Assembly (NCBI GenBank): GCA_039927695.1
Contig: JBDSUM010000007.1
Coordinates: forward strand, 11,700 to 75,699
Source: Minisyncoccota bacterium
Lineage (GTDB): Bacteria > Patescibacteriota > Minisyncoccia > Phycocordibacterales > Phycocordibacteraceae
DNA length: 64,000 bases
Direction: 5' to 3'
Under the pieces are notes generated by a model, which saw only the letters and a program-made list of their open reading frames with translations, did no database searches and was not told the DNA's origin. How positions within the stretch are numbered: position 1 is the stretch's first letter; every line of letters begins with the position of its first letter. Below, piece after piece: positions 45,615 to 56,532 of the stretch. The position numbers and the translations under genes are program-made.

Positions 45615-46067
45615 ATGGGAAAGTACGTCATCGTCTGTATTTTAGAGGCGGAATTCCCGCAGGAATTCCAATATGTTGATTGGCCATCGCACACTACATT
45701 ACTGCGCCCCTTTACTACAGATACCTCAAGTCAAAAACTCGCTGAAACACTGCAAAGTATTTGCGAGCAACACCACGCTTTGACTACGGAAGGGAAATCG
45801 AGGGAGTTATTCGGACCAGCATCTGACGTTCCGGTTATAGAACTTGTGAATACTCCAGAGCTTCAAAAACTCCACGATGATATTAGAACGGCATACATTC
45901 AAGAAATAGAATTTACCGCACCGCAATATCCAGACTTTAGACCTCACGTAACAGAAAATAATGGAAAGGGTGTTGAAGTTGGAGAGTCGGTGAAGATATC
46001 GTCACTTTCATTAGTTGAGCTAACCCTAGAGTCTCACAATGTACTTAATACTTTTCTGTTACAGTAA
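45615..46067 (+). CDS. 2H phosphoesterase (2'-5' RNA ligase-like)
   Basis: HTT and PHVT motifs; start moved to ATG 45615. Confidence 0.8.
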   Translation: MGKYVIVCILEAEFPQEFQYVDWPSHTTLLRPFTTDTSSQKLAETLQSICEQHHALTTEGKSRELFGPASDVPVIELVNTPELQKLHDDIRTAYIQEIEFTAPQYPDFRPHVTENNGKGVEVGESVKISSLSLVELTLESHNVLNTFLLQ

Positions 46068-46099
46068 TGGCGAGGAACTTTTAATAATAGAAATCAAGT

Positions 46100-46534
46100 A
46101 TGGAAAATAATGAATTGATTGTTACTAGAGTCTTCGATGCTCAGCCTGAAGCCGTTTGGAATGCTTGGACTACACCAGAATTAATTGCTCAGTGGTTTGC
46201 GCCGGGAGTTGTTATGGATGTACGCGAACTTGATGTACGAAAGGGTGGTCACTTCAGATTCGCAGACCCTAACGATACGACGTCAGGCGAATATACCGGA
46301 ACCTATATCACCGTTGAGCCTCTCAAAGAACTCTCTTTCAGTGTCATAGATTTCTCTGAAACTGAGGATCCTGCAGGTGTATCAGCTGGGTTCAGAGTAG
46401 TGTTTGAGGAAGTGGGCGAGCAAGCGAAGATAACGCTCACCTCAATTCCACCTGAAAACTCGTTCGACAAAAGGACGTTCGATGCTTGGACAGGCTGCTT
46501 CGACAGATTGGCTGACGTTATAAAATCCCACTAG
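46100..46534 (+). CDS. SRPBCC/AHSA1-domain protein
   Basis: TRVFDA.PE.VW.AWT.PE...W. Confidence 0.9.
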   Translation: MENNELIVTRVFDAQPEAVWNAWTTPELIAQWFAPGVVMDVRELDVRKGGHFRFADPNDTTSGEYTGTYITVEPLKELSFSVIDFSETEDPAGVSAGFRVVFEEVGEQAKITLTSIPPENSFDKRTFDAWTGCFDRLADVIKSH

Positions 46535-46555
46535 TATTACGTTAATGTATTTTAT

Positions 46556-46858
46556 ATGGCGACAATGAAAATGAGTATAGATCACGAATTGTCTGAGGCA
46601 GAGGCGTTGAAGCGCATCAAGAAACTGCTCGGAGAGACAAAGAAACAATACGGTGACATGGTCACCGATCTTAAAGAAAAGTGGCAAGGGAACAAGGGAA
46701 ACTTTAGCTTTGCAGCAAGAGGGTACACTATTTCAGGCACTATGGTAGTTAGCGCTGGCAAAGTACTGCTCGAGGGAGAACTTCCGTGGACACTTAATCT
46801 GATGCGAGGCAGGATTGAAAAGATAATTAAAGAGCGTGCGAAGGTGCTTTTGAAATAA
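46556..46858 (+). CDS. Polyhydroxyalkanoic-acid-system family small protein
   Basis: H.L...EA..R...W.G...F...G...LP pattern. Confidence 0.75.
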   Translation: MATMKMSIDHELSEAEALKRIKKLLGETKKQYGDMVTDLKEKWQGNKGNFSFAARGYTISGTMVVSAGKVLLEGELPWTLNLMRGRIEKIIKERAKVLLK

Positions 46859-46893
46859 GCAGATCAAGTTATTTACATAAGAATTTATTATCT

Positions 46894-47562
46894 ATGATCG
46901 TTATTAAAAATCTGCGTGCTGAAGTACTTGGTGAACCTATCTTTGAGAAGGTTAACCTCGTCATACATACAGGCGAACGCGTCGGTATGCTTGGCTCACG
47001 AGCAAGCGACGTCACTACGTTCCTACGCATTCTCGCTGGAGAAGAAGATATGGACGCTGGTACCGTTTCAACAGAAGGTGAGCGCGTACTGTATGTTTCT
47101 TCAGAAATGATTCAAAGCACCGAGTCTATGGCAAAGTTGCATCATTCAAGACCAACAATGCTTTTGCTTGATGTTGTTGATGCAGATGCGAAAGGAACAG
47201 AAGTCATCAAGCAATTCATGGGAAGTTATCGAGGTGGAATCATCATAGCGACAAATGACACACAGCTTATGCTTGCTGCAAAAGTCACGCGTGTAATTGA
47301 GATACATGCTTCAACGCAGGCGATAAGTTCATACACAGGAAACTACACAGAGTATTTGGTTGAGCGTGAGAAGAACCTGGCGCGTATGAACGAAGCGTAC
47401 GATAAGCAACAAAAGGAGAAGCGAAGACTTGAAGAGTGGCTAGCCAAGAAACGCCTCGAAACTATGACTGATCGTTCACCTGAGAAGGGCGCGACTATTC
47501 GAACAAAAGCCAAATATCTCCAACGCGAGATTCTTGATAAAGAGATACAAAAACCAGACTAA
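46894..47562 (+). CDS. Degenerate, truncated ABC-F-like protein
   Basis: ABC-F-like N-terminus and YTGNYTEY linker with coiled coil; Walker A degenerate; no second NBD. Confidence 0.7.
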   Translation: MIVIKNLRAEVLGEPIFEKVNLVIHTGERVGMLGSRASDVTTFLRILAGEEDMDAGTVSTEGERVLYVSSEMIQSTESMAKLHHSRPTMLLLDVVDADAKGTEVIKQFMGSYRGGIIIATNDTQLMLAAKVTRVIEIHASTQAISSYTGNYTEYLVEREKNLARMNEAYDKQQKEKRRLEEWLAKKRLETMTDRSPEKGATIRTKAKYLQREILDKEIQKPD

Positions 47563-47566
47563 TCTC

Positions 47567-47923
47567 ATGCTTAAACATAATCTTTACGCAACAAGCGTCG
47601 CAAGAGTATATCCATACTATATTGCCAAGGCAGAGAGAAAGGGTCGCACAAAAGCTGAAGTCGATGAAATCATTCGATGGTTTACCGGATACACTCAGAA
47701 ACAATTTGAAGCCGAATTGAAAAAAGAGACTGACTTCCAGACTTTCTACACGAAGGCGCCAAAGATGAATCCTGCGCGCTCCCTCATTACCGGAATGATC
47801 TGTGGCATACGAGTGGAGGAAATCGAAGATCCCCTTATGAGGGAAATCCGCTATTTAGATAAGCTGATTGATGAATTAGGAAAAGGTAAGTCGATGGAAA
47901 AGATCAAGCGTGAAATAGCATAA
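47567..47923 (+). CDS. DUF2200-family protein
   Basis: [42 protein letters not shown]. Confidence 0.92.
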   Translation: MLKHNLYATSVARVYPYYIAKAERKGRTKAEVDEIIRWFTGYTQKQFEAELKKETDFQTFYTKAPKMNPARSLITGMICGIRVEEIEDPLMREIRYLDKLIDELGKGKSMEKIKREIA

Positions 47924-48014
47924 TTATTATTTGAGAGAAACTGATTTTATTGCCTTTTACTGAATTAAAAGTACTATCAATCCTGGCCCTGAACACCAAG
48001 GAAGGAACATTGAA

Positions 48015-49445
48015 ATGCTAAATCTATCGCTCCCTGGAAACCCTCGGTATCAGCCGAAGGATCTGCAATCGTGCTTCGGATACGACAACCTGTACAGGAC
48101 TGTCGCCGAAGTCGAAATCGCAACGATGAGGACATTGGCTGAAATCGGAGTCATTTCCGAAGCCGAAATTGCTACGCTAACGCCTGCAATCGAGCAGGAG
48201 CTTCTCGACATTACGACGACTGAAGTCGATGACGTGGAGCGTACCATAACCAAGCATGACATTCGTGCTTGGGTGCGTATCGCTCAAACCAAAGTGAATC
48301 CAGGGCTCAGGCGCTGGATTCACGTTCCACTCACGAGCTATGACGTGCTCGACACTGCTCGAACTCTACAATTCGTTCGTGGACATGAAGTGGTCAAGAA
48401 ACTCACCGATAAAGTGATCGGTCACTTCGTTGAGCAGGTCAACCTCTTCGGATCTCAACCACAAATCGGCCGAACTCATGGACAGCACGCATTGCCGATT
48501 ACCGTCGGATTCTGGTTCGCCACGATCCTCAGTCGTATCCTCACCAATATCCAAAGCGCTAACAACGCTGCAGAGAAATTGGTGGGGAAAATATCTGGAG
48601 CTGTCGGCGTATATAACGCTCAAGTCGGCCTCGGCATCACTGCTCTCTGCGGGGAAAAGACTTTCGAAGAGCGCGTGCTTGAAAAGCTCGGTCTCAAGCC
48701 GGCACTGATCAGCACACAGATTCTCCCGCCCGAACCGCTTGCTGACTATCTGTTTGCATGCGTGAAGCTCTCGTCATCGTTCGGTCAATTCGGACGTGAC
48801 GGCAGGCATCTTATGCGAACGGAAATTGCAGAGCTCGGCGAACCCTTTGAAAAGGGACAGGTCGGGTCATCGACCATGGCTCATAAGAGGAATCCGATTA
48901 ACTTTGAAAACCTCGAAGGAACGTGGATGAAGACTAAGGGCGAGCTTAGCAAGGTGCTCGATACCATGATTAGCGAGCATCAACGCGACTTGGTTGGAAG
49001 TTCGATTGCTCGGGATTTCCCGACTATCGTCGTAAACGTGGTCAGCCAGTTGAATACCTTGCTGCGAGAAGCAGGCGGGAAGCCGTTCATATCTCGCATC
49101 TCGGTCGATGAAGTTGCGCTCAAGCGCAACTTTGAAACTCAGGGCGATGCTATTCTTGCCGAACCGATTTACATTGCCCTGCAGATGGCTGGTTACAACG
49201 GTGATGCTCATGAATTGGTTAATCACGTGGCGATGCCGCACTCAAAGTTTCTCAACGTCTCGCTTCTAAAAGCTACGAAGTTTGCGCTCGAGAAAGAGCT
49301 CGATTATGAGCTGATGAACCAGATCTGGAGTGCTATTCCACCTGACACTCTTCTAATGTTGGAGAGCCCGGAAACGTACGTCGGTGCTGCCGGAGAGAAG
49401 GCGAGTGAAGTGGCAAAAGCCGCCGAAGCCTATCTCAATAGCTAG
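48015..49445 (+). CDS. purB: Adenylosuccinate lyase (fumarate lyase superfamily)
   Basis: TKHD, LTSYD, GRTHGQHA, GSSTMAHKRNP. Confidence 0.88.
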   Translation: MLNLSLPGNPRYQPKDLQSCFGYDNLYRTVAEVEIATMRTLAEIGVISEAEIATLTPAIEQELLDITTTEVDDVERTITKHDIRAWVRIAQTKVNPGLRRWIHVPLTSYDVLDTARTLQFVRGHEVVKKLTDKVIGHFVEQVNLFGSQPQIGRTHGQHALPITVGFWFATILSRILTNIQSANNAAEKLVGKISGAVGVYNAQVGLGITALCGEKTFEERVLEKLGLKPALISTQILPPEPLADYLFACVKLSSSFGQFGRDGRHLMRTEIAELGEPFEKGQVGSSTMAHKRNPINFENLEGTWMKTKGELSKVLDTMISEHQRDLVGSSIARDFPTIVVNVVSQLNTLLREAGGKPFISRISVDEVALKRNFETQGDAILAEPIYIALQMAGYNGDAHELVNHVAMPHSKFLNVSLLKATKFALEKELDYELMNQIWSAIPPDTLLMLESPETYVGAAGEKASEVAKAAEAYLNS

Positions 49446-49473
49446 CGACTTCGACCACGTTTTAAAATACGAG

Positions 49474-49502
49474 ACCTGTTCAGGAAACTGAACAGGTTTT
49501 TT
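49474..49502 (+). terminator. Intrinsic terminator
   Basis: ACCTGTTCAG-GAAA-CTGAACAGGT followed by a T run. Confidence 0.85.
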
Positions 49503-49522
49503 ATTTGTGCACGTTAATGAGC

Positions 49523-50590
49523 TTACGTAATTAGTCTGCAGTATCGTCCGATTAGACGACCAAAGCGAGATTGGTTTTGGAACTCGCATGTAGAGAATGA
49601 TATTTGCTTGAGGTTTGCATTCCATTTCTTTATTACTTCTTGGACCTCTTTTATTAAGTCCGCGTCACGTGTAGTCATGTTAAGTTCGTGATTGAAAATA
49701 AGGCTCAATCCATCAAGATTAGTTGATCCAAAGGTCATCCAGACACCGTCAACAATAACTATCTTTGCATGAATCATGTGAGGCGCGTATTGCAATATCA
49801 AACCTTTCTTAAGGAATTTCTTCATATAACTTTCGCGCGCTAGATCTGCAATATGGTGATCAGTACGTTGAGGAGTAAGGAGTGTTATAGAGAGTCCTTC
49901 CGACAATCGACGATTAAGAACACGTCGTAGCTTTGTTGGTGGGGCAAAATAGGGTGTTACTAACATTACTGATTCTGATGCACGCATAATGGCATGACAT
50001 ATTTCCTCATAACAAAAGCGATTTCCAATTCCAGGAGCATTCCCGCTTATATGGTTGGATGCATCTATAGTGGTAAGCGGTGCTAAGAGAGAAGTTTTAT
50101 CCTCAAGGCGTAGTAACTGATTTCTAAATTCTTTATTCAAAACATCGGCAATGTCCTCGCTCTCGAAACGAACCATCAAGTCATCCCAATCTCGAAAGCG
50201 CTCACCGACAACTACACCACCTATCCAGCTAATACGGCGATCAACAAGTAGAAGCTTGCGATGATCCCTTAATAGAAGACGTGCAGGATTAATAACGTTA
50301 TAACCACCTAGATTCTTATAGTAGAAAATCTTTCCTCCAGCATCAGTAAAAAGATTATGGAGAGCGTTATTTTTAAAAAGCTCAAATGATCCCAGGGCAT
50401 CTACTATGCATCGCACCTCAACGCCTTGCTGCTGTTTGTGGATTAACGCATCAATAAAGCGTCGCCCGATGCCTCCATCGTCGAAATCTTCCATGATGTA
50501 CTGCTCCATGAGAATTGAACTTGTTGCACGTTCAATATCCTCGAGTTGCGCCTCCCAGACTTCGTGAACTTTATGAAATACGGAAAACAT
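49523..50590 (-). CDS. Phospholipase D / cardiolipin synthase-like (ClsB-type)
   Basis: Two HKD motifs: HRKLLLVD and HAKIVIVD. Confidence 0.9.
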   Translation of the reverse strand: MFSVFHKVHEVWEAQLEDIERATSSILMEQYIMEDFDDGGIGRRFIDALIHKQQQGVEVRCIVDALGSFELFKNNALHNLFTDAGGKIFYYKNLGGYNVINPARLLLRDHRKLLLVDRRISWIGGVVVGERFRDWDDLMVRFESEDIADVLNKEFRNQLLRLEDKTSLLAPLTTIDASNHISGNAPGIGNRFCYEEICHAIMRASESVMLVTPYFAPPTKLRRVLNRRLSEGLSITLLTPQRTDHHIADLARESYMKKFLKKGLILQYAPHMIHAKIVIVDGVWMTFGSTNLDGLSLIFNHELNMTTRDADLIKEVQEVIKKWNANLKQISFSTCEFQNQSRFGRLIGRYCRLIT

Positions 50591-50699
50591 ATCTAGTATT
50601 GATTAGTATACTCTTCATATGGAAACAGCATATTGCCATACAAAATCGTCGATAGAAGGAACATACGTGACTCCTGCGTTTCCGTGTTTTAATTAACAC

Positions 50700-51824
50700 A
50701 TGCAGACGCCTCGATATGAATACAATCGATCAAGACTCAATGAGCGATTGGAGGAACTGAAATCGCTCTCGACACCTTTTGGATTGACTGTGCGGTATGC
50801 ACTAAAAGCCAACCCTCACCCAGAGATCATTTCACTAGTGAGTGGGGCGGGGATTAGTTTCGATGCAAGTTCGAGCTACGAAGCCGCAGAGTTATTGGCG
50901 CAAGGAATTCCTGGCGATCGAATATCGCTTTCTTCACAACAGTCAGCACATAACCTCCCGGAACTACTTTCTGGAGGTGTGTTGTATATTGCAGCATCGC
51001 TTAATCAGTTACGCCAATTCTTAGCAGTTTCTGGAAAGCCACCAACGGTGGGTCTTCGCGTCAATCCGGACATGGGATACGGGCACAATAATCGCACAAG
51101 CACGGGTGGTCCGAATTCAAGCTTTGGTATCTGGCACGAATACTTACCGGAAGCGTTGGAGCTTGCCAAGGCGAGTGGTGTGATCGTCGACCGCCTTCAT
51201 ATTCATGTGGGCTCTGGGGCAGACCCAAGCGTGTGGGGGAAGGTAATGGAACGAGCGCTAACTATTGTTGAATTAATGCCGGACGTATTGTCACTCAATA
51301 TTGGTGGCGGATACAAAGTGCATCGCTATGGAGACGAAAAAGAATCTAGCCTGACTGATATCGTTGCAGAGTTCTCACGACATCTAATTTCTTTCAATGA
51401 ACGTACCGGTAGAAAGATACACCTTGAACTTGAGCCAGGAACATATTTGATTGCACATGCAGGTACACTCGTTGCTTCTGTAGATGACATTATTGATACT
51501 GGTTCAGCTGGTTATACATTTCTTAAGCTCAATACAGGAATGAATGATTTTCTTCGCAGCACACTCTATGGTGCGCAACATGAGATAGAGGTAGTGAATG
51601 ACGAAACAGAGACAGCTGACTATGTCGTCGTCGGTCACAACTGTGAATCGGGCGATTTGCTAACACCAGTCAATGGTAATCCAGAAGAAATCGAGCCTCG
51701 TACTCTAAAGAAGGCACATATAGGTGATGAGGTACGCATCAAAGATGCTGGCGCATACTGCGCCAGCATGCGAGCAAAAGGTTACAACTCCTTCCCAGAG
51801 GCGGTTGAGATTTTTGTGGATTAA
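50700..51824 (+). CDS. lysA: Diaminopimelate decarboxylase family (fold III PLP)
   Basis: YALKAN, HIHVGSG, NIGGG, EPGTY, CESGD, AGAY. Confidence 0.85.
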   Translation: MQTPRYEYNRSRLNERLEELKSLSTPFGLTVRYALKANPHPEIISLVSGAGISFDASSSYEAAELLAQGIPGDRISLSSQQSAHNLPELLSGGVLYIAASLNQLRQFLAVSGKPPTVGLRVNPDMGYGHNNRTSTGGPNSSFGIWHEYLPEALELAKASGVIVDRLHIHVGSGADPSVWGKVMERALTIVELMPDVLSLNIGGGYKVHRYGDEKESSLTDIVAEFSRHLISFNERTGRKIHLELEPGTYLIAHAGTLVASVDDIIDTGSAGYTFLKLNTGMNDFLRSTLYGAQHEIEVVNDETETADYVVVGHNCESGDLLTPVNGNPEEIEPRTLKKAHIGDEVRIKDAGAYCASMRAKGYNSFPEAVEIFVD

Positions 51825-51879
51825 TCGAATCTGATTCGCGTAAGATTGTGTTGGTTGCCAATACGCTATACTTCAGATA

Positions 51880-52587
51880 ATGGACTTACTACGAGGCGAT
51901 ACTGACTTGGAAGCCTTGAACAAAGAGCTTAATGACCCAGGAGCCCTTGTTGAATACATGAGACCCTATGACAAGTATGCGGTCTCGATGCTTCCGTATC
52001 TGTTGGGAGGATTTCTCGTATGGTCGGGAAATCTTGTATATGGACGTGAACCTTCATATCTAAAATTTCGGGCAGTGGAAGTAATAGCGCGCGTGCCATA
52101 CCACTCGTGGGCATCGGCTGCGTATACGCTTCTAACGCTCTGTTATACAAATGAGAAAAAATCATTGCAGCTTTCAAATATTTCAAAATATGCGAGTCAT
52201 GCGCAAGATAACGAAACCATGCACGTCATTGTTGTTTCTCAGTTAGCGAGAGCAGAGGAGCGAGCGGGATTGTTGCGCCATACGCTCATTCCGATGATAT
52301 TCGCATTCTTCTATTTCTGGTGGTCGTACGTCTTATATCTGATTAACCCTCGGTATTCGTATGAACTAAACTATTTATTTGAGAGTCATGCATTTCAGCA
52401 GTACGATCGATTTCTTGAAACGCGAGGAGAAGAGTTGAAAAAGAAAAGTGCCGAGTGTGAATTTCTTACCTGGTATGGGCGTTATCCACGGAATCAATAT
52501 GAATTATTCCTATCCATACGTAACGATGAAATTATTCATCGCAATACCTCAATCAAAGAAATTGAAGTATGCCGTGCATCTGCATAG
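51880..52587 (+). CDS. Alternative oxidase/PTOX-like di-iron protein
   Basis: EVIARVPY, DNETMH, ESHA...Y, IRNDEIIH di-iron ligands. Confidence 0.82.
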   Translation: MDLLRGDTDLEALNKELNDPGALVEYMRPYDKYAVSMLPYLLGGFLVWSGNLVYGREPSYLKFRAVEVIARVPYHSWASAAYTLLTLCYTNEKKSLQLSNISKYASHAQDNETMHVIVVSQLARAEERAGLLRHTLIPMIFAFFYFWWSYVLYLINPRYSYELNYLFESHAFQQYDRFLETRGEELKKKSAECEFLTWYGRYPRNQYELFLSIRNDEIIHRNTSIKEIEVCRASA

Positions 52588-52719
52588 ATACGACTCTTCC
52601 GCCATTCACTTTGTTACCGTGATGGCAGATTGTATTCACTATTCCTTCATGAAAGGATAGATATTTGCAACCTTTTATCCACAGGGGTCTATCGTGCTTT
52701 CTTTGCTATAGTTTTGGTA

Positions 52720-55700
52720 ATGAAGCAATCTCGGGGTGCAGGCGTTCTTGTAGCAACGTTATTTCTTGCGATCATTCTCTTGATGCCATCGCCCTCGTTT
52801 GCCGCATCTTTCACACAAAATCTTTCACTAGGGTCCACAGGAGCACAAGTTCTTCAATTGCAGGAGATTCTTACCACTCTCGGTTTCTATACCGGTCCTC
52901 AAACAGGATATTTTGGTCAACTCACAAAAATAGCTGTTACTGAATTCCAAAAGGCATACGGTCTTCCTCAGGTAGGACAAGTGGGGCCTCAAACACGCGC
53001 AACGCTTAATGGACAGGGGGGTGGTGTCGCCGTGCCAACGACGCCTTCCACATCTTCAAACTTAGCGCTTATCATTACGCGTCAGCTTTCACTTGGTGCT
53101 ACTGGCGCTGACGTGTCAGCGCTCCAGCAGTTCCTTAAAAATCTCGGCTTCTATACGTTCCCAACTATTACTGGCTATTTTGGTCCGGTGACCGCACAAG
53201 CTGTCTCCGCTTTCCAGTCTGCACATGGTCTTGCACCTGTAGGTGAAGTTGGTCCTCTGACGCGTGCAATTATTGCCGCGATGAGTTCTTCTGCTTCCAC
53301 AGGTACTTCAGGCAGCTCTAATACTACAACCACCACAACGACCACTAGCACCAGTGGCAGTTCTAGTTCTAGCGATGGTGGGGGAGGAGGTCACTACGGC
53401 CCTTCGACGTCTGCTCAAACAGATACAACTCCACCCGTTGTATCTTCTGTTGCTTCTTCAACAGCACAGACAACTGCTGCAATTACTTGGACAACTGATG
53501 AAAGTGCAACGTCTCAGGTTGAGTACGGTACCACCACTTCATATGGCTCTCTCACCACACTCGATTCTGCGCTCGTAACCTCCCACAATGTAAATATCAC
53601 CGGGCTCTCTGCAGCAACGGATTACCACTACCGTGTTCGTTCGGCTGATTCAACGGGAAATACGACAACAGATAGCGACCACATTTTTACTACAACCGCA
53701 GTACCTGATACCACACCACCTGCTCGTTCTGCAGGTGCTCCTTCTGGCATTCTCGCTCTCAATACCACTACCACCACAATCTCTCTCACCACGAATGAGG
53801 CAGCGACTTGTAAATACTCTACGAACTCAGGAGTTACATATGCTTTGATGCCGTCTACGTTTAGTACTACTGGAGGGACGTCCCACTCACAAAATATTAC
53901 GGGTCTCACAAACGGTACACCCTACGTCTATTACGTAAAATGTCAGGATCTTTCTACGAATGCCAATGTGAATGACTACGCTATATCTTTCTCTGTTGCC
54001 GCTGATTCCACAGTGCCCGTTGTTTCTATAACTGCTCCGATTAATAATGATGTCGTTACGGGAAATTCAGTCTCTCTCACCGCAACTTCAACCGATGACG
54101 TATCTGTGTCAGGCGTGCAATTCTTGCTCGATGGCTCAAATCTTGGATCGGAAGACACCTCTTCTCCGTATGCTATTACTTGGGACACTACCGGAAGCGT
54201 AGATGGTACTCACGCACTCAGTGCCACGGCCCGCGATGGAGCAGGGAATGTCGGTACTTCAACTATCGTCTCAGTGCGGGTCGACAATACAGCACCGGTT
54301 GTCTCGAGCACGACGGCAACAGGCATAACGACAACAGGTGCAAATATCACCTGGACGACTAATGAAAGTGCAACATCTCAAGTCATATACGGTGCTACCA
54401 CGTCATATGGCGCAACAACCACCCTCGCTGACACAAGTCCACGCGTGACGAGTCATACTGTTTCGCTTTCCGGGCTTACATCTTCAACCCTGTACCACTA
54501 TCGTGTTCTTTCGACAGACAGTACCAACCACACAACCGTGGGAAGCGACAATACGTTCACAACCTCCGCAGTTGTAGCTGCTCCTGCGGTCACTACATCG
54601 GCTGCTTCAAGCATTACTACTACCAGCGCGATTTTGAATGGAAACATTACCAATACTAACAACGCGTCCTCAACAGCTCGTGGTTTTGTATATGGTCTCA
54701 CCACGTCCTACACGGCAACTACTACCGAAGCAGGTACCTTTGGCACTGGAACATTCGCAACCACTACTTCAGGTCTCACACCTTCCACTCTGTATCACTT
54801 CAGTGCATATGCGACGAACTCTGCGGGCACTGGATTTGGTTCAGATCAGACATTTACCACGAGTGCGCTCGCTGCTCCCGTTATTTCTGCCATAGCTTCT
54901 TCAACTTCAGCGACTACCGCAACCATTACCTGGACCACTGATCAGAATGCTTCGTCGACTGTGAACTACGGCACAACCTCTGCGTATGGCACAGCGTCTA
55001 CTTCAGCGAGTTTGGTCACGAGTCACTCTATTAGTCTTACCGGTCTCGCTGCCTCTACGACGTATCACTTCCAAGTGGGAGGAGCAAACTCAGCGGGCAC
55101 GGTCTCTACCTCAAGTGATAAGACATTCACTACAACGGTGGCTCCTGATGTTACGCCTCCCGTTATTTCAGCTATTTCTTCAGGAACGCCGGACTTCACG
55201 ATAGCAACCACAACCTGGACGACTAACGAGCTTTCGACATCGCAGCTGGTGTATGGAACAACGACAGCGTATGGCGCAACCACGACTCTCGACAGCACGC
55301 TTGTTACCAGTCACTCGGTGATACTCACCGGCCTCACTGCTTCTACGACGTACCACTTCATGATCCGTTCTAGTGACGCTGCAGCAAACCTCGCGACATC
55401 GAGTGATCAAACCTTTGATACTGCAAGCAGTACGAGCATAGCGGGTCTCTATAACTACAATGCAGCGTATCTCGCAAACTGGCGTACCGCGCGAAATGCT
55501 GCCAAAGCAGGTACCGCAGACGCACTCGTGTCATACGCTCCTGGTGACAGTACTACGGCTGGTACAGGAACGGTCAAATCTACTAACGTGGTAAACGATA
55601 CAGCGAATAAGCTGTTGGCGCTTGGTTTCCCAGCTTCTAACGAAGGCTTCTACGGTTCCCATGGATCGGTATCTCCTTCATCACTTGATCCAAACTTGGT

Positions 55701-56511
55701 AATTGGTTCTGGATGGAATTTCATTACCTCACAGTTAACCTATAGCGGTAGATTGTTCAGTCAGGACACTGCAACGGCGACAACTACGCTTAAGTACACT
55801 CCGTACACAACAGTAGATACGTGGGACATCTACTACCTCCTTAGCGCAGGCGCAGGAACATTCACGGTAAGCACAAACGGTGGGGCAGTCGTTGCAACCA
55901 CAAGTGAAGCAAATGGTTCGACCGTAATGGCAAAGATGACTGTTACCGTTCCATCGGGTACTCAGCAGTTGGTGATTACTCCTATATCGGGAACCGGTAT
56001 TGTCTATATTCAGGGTGCCGTTGGGCGAGTCGCTGCAACAAAGCAAATTACGTTCATAAACGGAGGTATAGGAGGTGCAACCGGTGCTACCTGGTCTACA
56101 AACACAAGTGCATATACGGCACGTCCGCAACTCCGCTACCTGGCTCCGAAGCTAACGATCATTAACCTTACGATTAATGACTGGAACGCAACCACAAGTA
56201 CCTCAACGTACACTACCCAGATTCAAAACCTCATTAATGATGGAAAGATCTCAGGAGATGTTCTATTGATGAGCGGTAACCCATCTAACCCATCTGGTTA
56301 TGCAAGCGTTTCGCAGCAACAAACCTATATCGATATAATCAAATCCCTAGCAGTATCGAATAACTGCGCCATGATTGATCTTACAAGCCGATGGGGATCG
56401 TATGCGGTAAAGTCTGCACTGACACCGTCCTGGTATTTTGACAGCCTTCATCCGAGTGCCACTGGCTACAATGATATTGCAACAGCCGTAGCGGGAGTGC
56501 TTGCTCTGTAG
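52720..56511 (+). CDS. Large secreted surface protein: 2 peptidoglycan-binding domains, FN3/Ig repeats, C-terminal SGNH/GDSL hydrolase
   Basis: Signal peptide, TGYFG..T..AV..FQ twice, repeated ITWTT.E...YG.T..YG units, GDS...G...ND...DSLHP. Confidence 0.9.
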   Translation: MKQSRGAGVLVATLFLAIILLMPSPSFAASFTQNLSLGSTGAQVLQLQEILTTLGFYTGPQTGYFGQLTKIAVTEFQKAYGLPQVGQVGPQTRATLNGQGGGVAVPTTPSTSSNLALIITRQLSLGATGADVSALQQFLKNLGFYTFPTITGYFGPVTAQAVSAFQSAHGLAPVGEVGPLTRAIIAAMSSSASTGTSGSSNTTTTTTTTSTSGSSSSSDGGGGGHYGPSTSAQTDTTPPVVSSVASSTAQTTAAITWTTDESATSQVEYGTTTSYGSLTTLDSALVTSHNVNITGLSAATDYHYRVRSADSTGNTTTDSDHIFTTTAVPDTTPPARSAGAPSGILALNTTTTTISLTTNEAATCKYSTNSGVTYALMPSTFSTTGGTSHSQNITGLTNGTPYVYYVKCQDLSTNANVNDYAISFSVAADSTVPVVSITAPINNDVVTGNSVSLTATSTDDVSVSGVQFLLDGSNLGSEDTSSPYAITWDTTGSVDGTHALSATARDGAGNVGTSTIVSVRVDNTAPVVSSTTATGITTTGANITWTTNESATSQVIYGATTSYGATTTLADTSPRVTSHTVSLSGLTSSTLYHYRVLSTDSTNHTTVGSDNTFTTSAVVAAPAVTTSAASSITTTSAILNGNITNTNNASSTARGFVYGLTTSYTATTTEAGTFGTGTFATTTSGLTPSTLYHFSAYATNSAGTGFGSDQTFTTSALAAPVISAIASSTSATTATITWTTDQNASSTVNYGTTSAYGTASTSASLVTSHSISLTGLAASTTYHFQVGGANSAGTVSTSSDKTFTTTVAPDVTPPVISAISSGTPDFTIATTTWTTNELSTSQLVYGTTTAYGATTTLDSTLVTSHSVILTGLTASTTYHFMIRSSDAAANLATSSDQTFDTASSTSIAGLYNYNAAYLANWRTARNAAKAGTADALVSYAPGDSTTAGTGTVKSTNVVNDTANKLLALGFPASNEGFYGSHGSVSPSSLDPNLVIGSGWNFITSQLTYSGRLFSQDTATATTTLKYTPYTTVDTWDIYYLLSAGAGTFTVSTNGGAVVATTSEANGSTVMAKMTVTVPSGTQQLVITPISGTGIVYIQGAVGRVAATKQITFINGGIGGATGATWSTNTSAYTARPQLRYLAPKLTIINLTINDWNATTSTSTYTTQIQNLINDGKISGDVLLMSGNPSNPSGYASVSQQQTYIDIIKSLAVSNNCAMIDLTSRWGSYAVKSALTPSWYFDSLHPSATGYNDIATAVAGVLAL

Positions 56512-56532
56512 GTATATCCTCATCTTCGTTTG

